A stretch of DNA of 64,000 nt, taken from Anaeromyxobacteraceae bacterium. GTDB lineage: Bacteria; Myxococcota; Myxococcia; Myxococcales; Anaeromyxobacteraceae. Positions within the stretch are counted from its first letter, which is position 1; each line of letters opens with the position of its first letter. Position numbers and translations under genes: made by a program. Where the stretch lies: NCBI GenBank assembly GCA_047602405.1, contig JASGHJ010000002.1, positions 2,272,001 through 2,336,000 of the forward strand, written 5' to 3'. The notes beneath the pieces are model-generated. The model worked only from the letters and a program-made list of their open reading frames with translations. It was not told the origin of the DNA and did not search any database. Shown in pieces: positions 54,109-64,000 of the stretch.

Positions 54109-55884
54109 TTAGGCGAGCTCCAGCCACTCGAACCAGACCGGGTGGTTCGCCTTGTACCAGAGGAGCACGTCCCGGATGCGGGCCTGCTTCTCCTTGGGCA
54201 TGACCTTGTCGTCGACGCGGTCGAAGTGGACGCGGATGTGCTCGCCGTCGTGCTCGAGCGCCTGCGAGAACATGGTCTGCAGCTCGTTCCGGATGCGGCC
54301 CGAGTCGGAGATCTTCACGGCGCGCTTCGAGAAGTCGACGCCGGAGAGGAACCGGACGAGGAGCGGGCTGAAGACGTGGCGCATCTCCTCGAACGGCTCC
54401 ATCAGCTTCAGCGTGAAGGTGATGAGCGACGAGGCGTTGCGGGTCGCGAGCCGGGTGGTCACCGCGTAGCGGCCGTCGCCGAGCTCGCGCACGCCCTCCA
54501 CGCCGGTGTACGGGTCGAGGCACATGTAGCCGAGGCTCGCGAGCACCTTCCAGCTCTTCTCCGGCAGGAAGTCGTCGGCGCGCAGCACCCGGCGGCCGAT
54601 CTGCAGCGGCATGTTGGACTGCTCGGCCTCCCGGATCGCGTCGGCATAGTCCTTCACCTTGCCGTCGTCGAGCGGCACGCCGCCGTGGATCTCGGCGACC
54701 CGCTTCGCGAAGTCCGGCGCGTCGGGGTCGAGGAGCATGAGCTTGCCCTCCTCCTGGCAGGGCAGCTCGAAGGTCGGCGAGAAGCAGGCCATCGTGGCGT
54801 CGACGTCGAGGACCTCGGAGAGGCTCGAGGCCTGCATCGCCTCGGCGGTCGCCGCGTAGCCGTCGCACAGGAACACGTGCTGCGCGCCCGCGGCGTCCTT
54901 CCAGGCGCCGACGAGGAAGGTCGGGGCGTACGTGCCGGAGTCGGTGAAGACCTCGGCGCCGGCCGGCGTCTTCCACCCGTCCTCGACGAGGTGGACGCCG
55001 AGCGCCTTCCACTCCTCCCAGAGCTTGCCGAGACGGGCCACGCGGCTCTTCCCGCGCAGCGTCCAGACGTGCACGTTCTTCCGGTCGAGCCCCGGGTACG
55101 CCGCCTCGACCGCCTCGATCACCTGCTTGCGTGGCGTGCGGTAGTCGAGGAGCACCGAGTTGCGCTCGGCGGTCTCGGCCACGTGGCGCGGCACGGTGAG
55201 GCGGCCCATGTACGACTCGTAGGGCTTCGAGACCGTGAGCGGCGAGTCGAACAGGTGCAGCACCGCCATCGGGCCGGTGCTCTTCCCCTCGGCGAAGCGG
55301 GAGGTGTTCTCGAGCGTGTCGATCGCGGCGCCCCAGACCGTGATGCCGCGGCGCTGCAGCCCGGAGTAGAACTCGTCGAAGCCGTGCGCCGGATCGTTGA
55401 GGAGCCGGTGGACGGCGCGGTCGACCTGGCGGGCGACCTCGGGCCGGGCGTACACGCGCCCGAAGCCGAGCAGCGGGTTCGCGCCCATCTCCGGCGTCTC
55501 GCCGGCCTTCGGCATGAGCCCCTCGCCGAGGGACACCATGATGGCGTGGTTCTCGGGGAGCGTGCGGGTGAGGTGCCAGAGCCCCTCGCTCATCACGTAC
55601 GCGCTGATGGCGTCGGCGGCCTTCTTCACCTGGTTGTAGGTGGACTTGTCCTTGCCCGCGCCGCCGCCGAAGTCGCCGAAGAGCCGCGTGCCGAGGGCCG
55701 TGGCCGCGGACGTCAGGGCGAGGCAGCGCGCGATGCCGCGGGGCGTGAACGTGAAGGCCGAGACCGGCTCCGCCTGCGCGCGGTCGACCTGGACGTCCTC
55801 CAGCCAGAGGTGGAAGCGGGTGAGCACCGGCCGGGTGTCGTAGGCCCACTGGGCGACGAGGTTGCGCTTCGCGGCGTCGGGCAT
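54109..55884 (-). CDS. Highly divergent GlpX-like (class II FBPase/SBPase superfamily) protein, 591 aa
   Basis: Ordered GlpX-like motifs KKAAD, SLGEG, AIDTLENT, YMGRL, DSGT, VLRADD, VEGVR; AAGGA RBS. Confidence 0.6.
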   Translation of the reverse strand: MPDAAKRNLVAQWAYDTRPVLTRFHLWLEDVQVDRAQAEPVSAFTFTPRGIARCLALTSAATALGTRLFGDFGGGAGKDKSTYNQVKKAADAISAYVMSEGLWHLTRTLPENHAIMVSLGEGLMPKAGETPEMGANPLLGFGRVYARPEVARQVDRAVHRLLNDPAHGFDEFYSGLQRRGITVWGAAIDTLENTSRFAEGKSTGPMAVLHLFDSPLTVSKPYESYMGRLTVPRHVAETAERNSVLLDYRTPRKQVIEAVEAAYPGLDRKNVHVWTLRGKSRVARLGKLWEEWKALGVHLVEDGWKTPAGAEVFTDSGTYAPTFLVGAWKDAAGAQHVFLCDGYAATAEAMQASSLSEVLDVDATMACFSPTFELPCQEEGKLMLLDPDAPDFAKRVAEIHGGVPLDDGKVKDYADAIREAEQSNMPLQIGRRVLRADDFLPEKSWKVLASLGYMCLDPYTGVEGVRELGDGRYAVTTRLATRNASSLITFTLKLMEPFEEMRHVFSPLLVRFLSGVDFSKRAVKISDSGRIRNELQTMFSQALEHDGEHIRVHFDRVDDKVMPKEKQARIRDVLLWYKANHPVWFEWLELA

Positions 55885-55997
55885 GGGGTCCTTCGACTCC
55901 GGCCCGCCTGCGGCGGGCCTACGCTCAGGATGAACGGCAAACGGACTCTTGGACTGCGGGTCCAATCTAGCGTGATCGCGGCCGGGTGGGGACCAAA

Positions 55998-57566
55998 CTA
56001 ACGTCCCGTGTTCGCGGCCGGGAGGGGCCCGGTCGCGTCCCTCGACTCCGGCCCGATCTCGTCGGACCTGCGCTCGAGGCCGGCGGCCAGGGGCACCACG
56101 ATCGTGAACGTCGTGCCCTTCCCCACGGCGCTGCGCGCCCCGATGTACCCGCCGCTCTGCCGGACGGCGCCGTAGGCCGTCGACAGCCCGAGCCCGGTCC
56201 CCTGCCCGCGCGGCTTCGTCGTGTAGAAGGGCTCGAACAGGCGGGCCAGGGCGGCCTCCTCGATGCCGACCCCGTCGTCCTCCACCTCGAGCACCGCGTA
56301 GGTGCCGGGCGGCGCGGTGTCGGGGCCGAGCCAGGCCGGCGCGGTGAGCTCCCGCACCTCCACGCGCACCACGATCCGGCCCCCCTCCGCGATGGCGTCC
56401 CGCGCGTTGAGCGCGAGGTTCATGAGGGCCTGCGCGAGCTGATCCGGGTCCGCTTCCACCGGCGCCCGGACCGCCGCCTCGATCGCGAGCGTCGCCCGGA
56501 CCGGCAGCGACTTCGGCAGGAGCGACGCCGTGTCGCGGACGAGCTCGGCGAGGTCGAACCGGTGCGGGTGGAACGGCTGGCTCCGCGCGAAGGTCAGGAG
56601 CTGGCGCGAGAGCCGGACCGCGCGGCCGTGGGCGGCCATGATCTGCCCGAGCGCCTCGCTGCGATCCGGCGCGGGCGCGCCCTTCGCGAGCGGCTCGAGC
56701 CACGACTCGATGACGGCGAGCAGGTTCTTGATGTCGTGCGCGATCCCGCTGGCGAGCCGCCCCACCGCCTCCATCTTCTGGCTCTGGCGGAGCTGGTCGA
56801 GGAGGACCGTCCGCTCCGCCTCCGCGCGCTGGCGCTCGGCGGCGAGCGCCAGGGTGCGCGCCCGCTCCTCCTCGAGGAGCCAGATGACGAGCCCGATGCC
56901 GAGCGTCGCCACCACGGCGACGTCGCCGGCGGGGACGTACGCGAACACGACCGCCTGGCGGAAGTCCGGGAAGGCGAGCCGCAGGGCGAACACCGCCGCG
57001 ACCGCCGCCTGGACGAGCGCGGAGACCGCGAAGGCCCCCGCGACGACGCGCGCGCCGAGCCGGGCCCGGTGCCGCCGCAGGATCAGGAGCGCCGCCGCGC
57101 TGAAGCCGATCGCGACCACGAGCGACCGGAGCCCCACCCGCACCACGAGCCGGATCGCCGGGCTCGCGTCGATCGTCGCGAGGACGAGCACGAGCGCGAG
57201 CGCCGCGAGCCCCACGACGAGCCAGGCCCGGGTGGCCGCGGGGAGCGCGCGCCCCTGGTCGAGCTCCTCGGCGCCCGCCACGAGGAGCGCCGCGAAGAGC
57301 CACGCCCCCACCGCGGCGAGCGACGAGACCGTCGTCCGCGTCAGGAGCCCCGCGCCCTGGTCGTGCAGCGCGAGCGAGGCCGCCGACGCGCCCTGGTAGA
57401 CCGCGCTCGCGGCGAAGCCCGCGGCCCAGGTCGCGAGGTGGGCGCGCGGGTAGCGGGCGCGCAGCCCGAACAGCACGACGGCCACGAGCACCGACAGCAC
57501 CGCGGCGAGGCCGTACCCCACCGTCAGCGTCGCCATGTACGCGGGATCGGCCGCGGCCGGGTTCAC
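55998..57566 (-). CDS. Multi-TM sensor histidine kinase
   Basis: About 7 TM; SQKMEAVGRLASGIAHD, NARDA, FYTTK..GTGLGL. Confidence 0.88.
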   Translation of the reverse strand: MNPAAADPAYMATLTVGYGLAAVLSVLVAVVLFGLRARYPRAHLATWAAGFAASAVYQGASAASLALHDQGAGLLTRTTVSSLAAVGAWLFAALLVAGAEELDQGRALPAATRAWLVVGLAALALVLVLATIDASPAIRLVVRVGLRSLVVAIGFSAAALLILRRHRARLGARVVAGAFAVSALVQAAVAAVFALRLAFPDFRQAVVFAYVPAGDVAVVATLGIGLVIWLLEEERARTLALAAERQRAEAERTVLLDQLRQSQKMEAVGRLASGIAHDIKNLLAVIESWLEPLAKGAPAPDRSEALGQIMAAHGRAVRLSRQLLTFARSQPFHPHRFDLAELVRDTASLLPKSLPVRATLAIEAAVRAPVEADPDQLAQALMNLALNARDAIAEGGRIVVRVEVRELTAPAWLGPDTAPPGTYAVLEVEDDGVGIEEAALARLFEPFYTTKPRGQGTGLGLSTAYGAVRQSGGYIGARSAVGKGTTFTIVVPLAAGLERRSDEIGPESRDATGPLPAANTGR

Positions 57567-57635
57567 CCAGCGATGAGAGCACCCACGGGGACCCTCCGTA
57601 AAGGTCGCGGCCGGGCCCTGCCGGGGCGGGTCAGC

Positions 57636-58455
57636 TCACGGGACGACGCCCGAGATCACCGGGACGTGCCAGGCGCAGTACTGCGCCTCGTCGAGGATGG
57701 TGGCGATCTGGTCGTCGAAGCGCGCCCGGGCCTCGTCGGGCGAGATCCCGAGGCGGGCGGCGGCGGTGTCGGCGTAGCCGTCCCGCCAGGCCTCCCAGAT
57801 GGCGGCGAACGTGCGGCGAGGCACCCTGAGCGTGTCGACGCTCACGACGTCCACCGCGAGCTCGCGGACGCCGAGCGCGCGCAGGTGCGCGTGCGCGTGG
57901 CGGCCGATCCGCATGTCGATGCCGTCGGCCTCCTGCATGCGCCGTGGGATGACGTCCCAGAAGTCGTCCGGGTCGAAGCGGCGCGCGGGCAGGTGGATCA
58001 TCCCGTAGTCCTCGGCGAGCAGGTGCAGCCGCCCCCCGGGGCGGGTGAGCCGCACGAGCTCCGCGAGCATCCGCTCCGGGTGCGGCACCGACTGCACCAC
58101 GTGTCGGCAGACGACGAGGTCGAACGAGCGGGCCGGCAGGCCCGTGTCGAAGAGGCTGCGGTGCTCGAAGCGGACGCGCGCCGCGTCCGCCCGGGTGCGG
58201 GCGCGGGCGAGCTCGAGGTGACCGTCGAGGATGTCGAGCCCGAGGAGCCGGGCCTGGGGGTACAGGGCGGCCAGCCGCGCGGTGATCTCGCCCGTGCCGC
58301 AGCCGCCGTCGAGGATCGAGAGCGGCCCCGCGAGCCCGTGCCGCTCGAGGATGCGCCGCTCCTGCGGCCAGATGGCCTCCGCCTGCGCGGCGAGGTTGCG
58401 GACCATCGACTCGTCGGCCATCTCGCGGGCCTGGGGGAAGAGAATCGTTCGCCAT
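57636..58455 (-). CDS. Class I SAM-dependent methyltransferase (+1 frameshift at ~58443)
   Basis: LDGGCGTG, FDLVVCR, RPGG; corrected start MANDLFPQAREMADE. Confidence 0.85.
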
Positions 58456-58530
58456 GCCCTCTTCCTACGGCCGGACGGGCGCGGCCGCATGCCCCGGGCC
58501 CGCGAGGGACTCCCGCGCTATCTTCGCGCC

Positions 58531-59574
58531 ATGATCCGCACCCGCGGCTACGCCGCCTTCGACGCCACCTCCCCGCTCCGCCCCATGGACCTCGACCGCC
58601 GGGACCCCGGCCCGCGCGACGTCCTCATCGACATCGCCTACTGCGGCATCTGCCACTCCGACCTGCACACGGTGCGCGGCGAGTGGGGGCCGCAGCCCTA
58701 TCCCTTCGTCCCCGGCCACGAGATCGTGGGCAAGGTCTCGCGGGTCGGCGCCGAGGTGACGAAGCTCCGGGCAGGCGAGCTCGCGGGCGTCGGCTGCATG
58801 GTCGACTCGTGCCGGACCTGCGAGCCGTGCCGGCGCGACCTCCAGATGTTCTGCGAGAAGGGCGCCGCCTGGACCTATGCGTCGAAGCAGATGGACAAGC
58901 AGACGCCGACGAACGGCGGCTACTCGAGGCAGATCGTGGTCGACGAGGCCTTCGCGCTCCGGCTCGGCACGCCGTCGAACCTCGCGGCCGTCGCGCCGCT
59001 CCTCTGCGCGGGCATCACCACGTGGTCGCCGCTCCGGCAGTGGAGGGCCGGGCGGGGGAGCCGCGTGGGCGTGGTGGGCCTCGGCGGCCTCGGGCACGTC
59101 GCGGTGAAGCTCGCCGCCTCGCTCGGCGCCGAGGTGACGCTGCTCTCGTCCTCGCCGGGCAAGGAGCCGGACGCCCGGCGGCTCGGCGCCCATGCGTTCG
59201 TGCTCACGAGCGACGCGGCGGCGATGAAGGCGCTCGCCGGCCGGTTCGACCTCCTCCTCGACACCGTCTCCGCGCCGCACGACCTCAACCGGCTGCTGGG
59301 GCTCCTGCGCGTCGAGGGCACGCTCTGCCTCGTGGGCCTGCCGCCGGAGGCGGCCCCGATCCGGGCGGGCACGCTCATCGGTGGACGGCGGCGCCTCACC
59401 GGGTCGCTCATCGGCGGCATCGCGGAGACGCAGGAGATGCTCGACCACTGCGCGCAGCACGGCATCGTCGCCGACATCGAGCTCCTCCCGGTGTCCGAGG
59501 TGAACCGGGCGTACGAGCGGCTCGCCCGGAACGACGTCCGGTACCGGTTCGTGCTCGACCTCTCGACGCTCTGA
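58531..59574 (+). CDS. Zn-dependent NAD(P) alcohol dehydrogenase (CAD/YahK-like)
   Basis: CGICHSD, GHE, four-Cys structural zinc site, GLGGLG, DVRYRFV. Confidence 0.93.
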   Translation: MIRTRGYAAFDATSPLRPMDLDRRDPGPRDVLIDIAYCGICHSDLHTVRGEWGPQPYPFVPGHEIVGKVSRVGAEVTKLRAGELAGVGCMVDSCRTCEPCRRDLQMFCEKGAAWTYASKQMDKQTPTNGGYSRQIVVDEAFALRLGTPSNLAAVAPLLCAGITTWSPLRQWRAGRGSRVGVVGLGGLGHVAVKLAASLGAEVTLLSSSPGKEPDARRLGAHAFVLTSDAAAMKALAGRFDLLLDTVSAPHDLNRLLGLLRVEGTLCLVGLPPEAAPIRAGTLIGGRRRLTGSLIGGIAETQEMLDHCAQHGIVADIELLPVSEVNRAYERLARNDVRYRFVLDLSTL

Positions 59575-59722
59575 GCGGCGGCGAGGGCGACCCGACCGGG
59601 GCGCCGGCCGGGCGACCGGGCGCGGGGAGGAAAGGGACAGCGGAGCGGAGGGTCCGTCCCGGATCTCCCCGGCCCCGCGCGGCCGGACGCTCCAAGTCCG
59701 CGAGATCCCGGGCCGGGAGCCG

Positions 59723-59737
59723 TGGCACATCGGATGC
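59723..59737 (+). promoter_or_regulatory. Sigma54 -24/-12 promoter
   Basis: TGGCAC-ATCGG-ATGC, 60 nt before the small secreted protein and next to a sigma54 activator gene. Confidence 0.65.
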
Positions 59738-59796
59738 GATGGAGCGGCGGTGGGACGCACCCAACTCCACCCCATCCGTCCCTCGAGGAGTGCCAC

Positions 59797-60012
59797 ATGA
59801 AGAACGCCATCTTCGCCGCCGTCGTCTTCGCCCTCGCCGCCCCCGCGTTCGCCGACGAGGCGAAGGCCGCGGACGCGAAGCCGATGGAGGCCAAGCCGGC
59901 CGCCGAGGCCAAGCACGGGAAGGGCCACAAGAAGCACGAGATGAAGAAGGGCGAGATGAAGGCCGACAAGAAGGACGACAAGGCCGCCGCGCCGGCCGCC
60001 GCCCCGAAGTAA
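59797..60012 (+). CDS. Small secreted Lys/Ala/His-rich protein
   Basis: GAGGAG RBS; signal peptide ending AFA; low-complexity mature part. Confidence 0.8.
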   Translation: MKNAIFAAVVFALAAPAFADEAKAADAKPMEAKPAAEAKHGKGHKKHEMKKGEMKADKKDDKAAAPAAAPK

Positions 60013-60035
60013 CATCTCCTCCCGAGAGGACCCCG

Positions 60036-60072
60036 GGGGCCGGCCGGTCATCGGCCGGCCCTCTGCTTTTTT
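60036..60072 (+). terminator. Intrinsic terminator
   Basis: GGGGGCCGGCCG-GTCAT-CGGCCGGCCCTC-TGCTTTTTT. Confidence 0.75.
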
Positions 60073-61639
60073 GAGGAAGGTCTCGCCCCGGGAGATCGTG
60101 GCACCGGCATGTCGCTCCGCGCGCGCATCATCCTCGTCTTCGCCGCCGCCCTCGTCTTCACGCTGGGCGTCGCGGCCATGCTCGCCGAGCGCATCGCCGC
60201 GGGCGCGCTGCAGCAGAGCCTGCGCGACCGCTCCGTCTACCTCGCCTCCAACATCGCCGACGAGCTCAACCTCGGCCCCCGCACCGACGCGGAGCGCGCC
60301 ACCCGGCAGCTCGGCGCCGTGCTCGCCCGCCACCGCGGCCTGCGCGCGGCGCAGCTCACGTTGCGGCGCGCCGAGGGCGTCCAGCGCTTCCGGGTGACCT
60401 TCGGCGAGGACGGCCCGGTGGTCGCCCGCTCCGACGAGCCCCGGGTGCCGCTGCCGGTCGAGACCGCGATCGCGCTCGTCGAGGAGGAGGAGGCGCGCAT
60501 GTGGCGCGTGGACCTCCCGCTCAAGGACGGCGGCGGCCACACCTTCGGCGCCCTGCGCATCGACGCCAGCCTCTCCGGCGTCGAGGAGATCGCCGCGAGC
60601 GAGCGGAGCACGTTCTTCCTCGTGGCCGGGGGCGGCTCGGTGGTGCTCGCCCTCCTCTTCTCGGCGCTGCTCGGCCGGCTCCTCACCCGCCCGCTCGCGA
60701 GCCTCGCCGGCGCGATGGAGGCCGTGCAGTCCGGCGCCGTCGACCCGGCCACGGTGCCGGGCCTCGACCGCGACGACGAGATCGGGGTGGTCGCGCGCGG
60801 CCTCTCGGCGATGCTCGAGCGCATCCGCCGCTTCAACGACGAGCTCCAGCACACGGTCGACGGGGCGGTGAAGGACCTCGCCCGCAACAACCGCGAGCTC
60901 GCCGAGGTGAACGCGCTCCTCGTCGAGGCGCGCCGCGACGTGCTCTCGAAGGAGCGGCTCGCCGCGCTCGGCCAGCTCTCCGGCACCATCGCCCACGAGC
61001 TCGGGAACCCGCTGAACGCCATCTCCGGCAACGTCCAGCTCCTCGCCCGCGATCCCTCGACGCCCGCCCCGGTGCGCGCGCAGATCGAGGTCGTCGAGCG
61101 CGAGGTGAAGCGGATGACCGGCATCATCCGTCGGTTCCTCGACTCGGCGCGGGCGCTCGGCCCCGAGCCCATGGAGGTCGACCTCCCGGCGCTCGTGGAG
61201 GAGACCCTCGACCTCTCCCTGCCCGCCGAGGCGCGCGCGCGGGTCGCCATCGAGCGGAGCTTCGGGCCGGGCGCCGACCGCGTGCGCACCAATCCGATGC
61301 TGGTGCGCCACGTGCTCGGCAACCTCGTCTCGAACGCGTTCGACGCAATGGCCGGCGGGGGCACCCTCCGGATCCGCACCTGGCGCGCCGGCGACGAGCT
61401 CTCCATCGCGGTCTCCGATTCCGGCGCGGGCATCGCCGCCGAGGACCGCCGCCGCATCTTCGAGCCCTTCTACACGACGAAGCCGCGAGGCCGGGGCACC
61501 GGCCTCGGCCTCGCAATCTCCCGGGAGATCGCGAGCGCGCTCCGGGGCAAGATCGAGGTGGACTCCGAGCCCGGGAAGGGGTCCACCTTCGTGCTCACGT
61601 TCCCGGCGCCGGCGGAGGCCGGCGCACGCGGAGGGACCG

Positions 61640-62986
<1,347 letters not shown>

Positions 62987-62998
62987 CGTGCGTGGGCC

Positions 62999-64000
62999 GT
63001 GGACCCCGTCCTCCTCGCCGTGCAGCTCGAGCCGCCCAACCGCGGCGGCCAGGGGGACTCCGTGTACCGCACGGTCCAGCCGCTCCGCGCGCTCGGTGAG
63101 CGGCCGGGCGTCGTGGCGGTCTCCGGCTCCTGGCTCCACCCGCTCGCGCGGACGCTCGCCGAGACCGCCGACGTCCTCGTGCTCGTCATGACGGCCGAGG
63201 CCGACCTCGTGCCGCTCGTGGAGCGCCGCCGCGCCCGTGGGCTCCTCACGGTCTTCGAGGTCAACGACGACGCGCTCGCCCCGCAGGCGTGGAACCCGAC
63301 CGCGAACGTCGCCCGGGACCCGTTCCTCAGGGCCGCGTTCCTGAGGACCGCCTCCCTCGCCGACGGGCTCCAGCTCTCGGTCGCGCCGCTCGGCGAGCGC
63401 TACGGGCACCTCGCCGGGCCCTCGCGCGTCCTCGTGAACCACCTGTGGACGCTGCCGGAGGTCCCGGCGCGGGAGGCCGGCGGGAAGCTCCGCGTCGGCT
63501 GGGGCGGCTCGCTCGGCCACCGGGACGACCTCGTCGCCCACCTGCCCGCGGTGCGCGAGGTGCTGGACCGGCACCCCGAGGCCGTGTTCGCGCTCATGGG
63601 GCCGCCCTCGTTCAAGGCGCTCCTCGACGGCTTCCCCGCCGGCCGGACCGAGTTCACGCCGGGCGGCAGCCTCGAGGCCTACTACCGCTTCGTCGCCTCC
63701 CTCGACGCCGGCCTCTGCCCGCTCGTCGCGACCGACTGGAACCGCTGCCGTTCCGACGTGAAGTGGCTGGAGCTCGCCTCGCACGGCGCCGCGCCGCTCG
63801 TCTCCCGCCTGGCCCCGTACGCGCACGTGAGGGACGGCGAGACCGGGCTCGTCTTCGGCTCCCCCGCGGAGCTCGCGGCGAAGCTCGAGGCCGTGCTCGC
63901 GGACCCCGGGCTGCGCGCGCGCGTGGCCGCTGGCGCCCGCGCCGAGGCCGCGCGGCGGCTCGAGCGCGACCACGTCGACGACCGGCTCGACTTCTGGCGG
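62999..64000 (+). CDS. Partial glycosyltransferase (GT-B/GT4-like)
   Basis: Open frame to the window end: YRTVQP, FEVND, RVGWGGS..H..D, NRCRSDVKWLE. Confidence 0.75.
   Translation, partial: MDPVLLAVQLEPPNRGGQGDSVYRTVQPLRALGERPGVVAVSGSWLHPLARTLAETADVLVLVMTAEADLVPLVERRRARGLLTVFEVNDDALAPQAWNPTANVARDPFLRAAFLRTASLADGLQLSVAPLGERYGHLAGPSRVLVNHLWTLPEVPAREAGGKLRVGWGGSLGHRDDLVAHLPAVREVLDRHPEAVFALMGPPSFKALLDGFPAGRTEFTPGGSLEAYYRFVASLDAGLCPLVATDWNRCRSDVKWLELASHGAAPLVSRLAPYAHVRDGETGLVFGSPAELAAKLEAVLADPGLRARVAAGARAEAARRLERDHVDDRLDFWR

Overview
GC-rich bacterial chromosomal window. Gene content and a MYXO-CTERM protein point to Myxococcota, probably Anaeromyxobacter-like (inference). The centrepiece is a ~17.2 kb element (18548-35766) integrated in the 3' half of tRNA-Arg(CCT). 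It has a perfect 45-bp att direct repeat, triplicated arm-type repeats at both ends, a catalytically atypical tyrosine integrase, an Xis-like HTH, and a Prim-Pol plus AAA_25 helicase. No capsid, terminase or conjugation genes are recognisable. Its cargo looks defence-like: an in-frame Eco57I-type m6A MTase + BsuBI/PstI REase fusion with an internal RBS, two PD-(D/E)xK-like proteins, a HEPN protein, a Pycsar-effector-like 3-TM protein coupled to an unannotated Pro-rich peptide, and a TM-zinc-ribbon/2-TM pair. The flanks are host genes: DAHP synthase, ABC exporter, PAP2, TerC, KirBac, gloA, a poly-HAMP hybrid kinase, HDOD, ADH, a sigma54 two-component system and a glycosyltransferase. Notable flank oddities are a Kelch/MYXO-CTERM/OmpA possible polyprotein, a highly divergent 591-aa GlpX-like protein, and a covarying multi-hairpin repeat behind two outer-membrane genes. 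Ten single-base frameshifts fall at GATC (8) or GAAGAGC (2). They are most likely methylation-linked sequencing errors, so several broken or fused ORFs in the track are artefacts.
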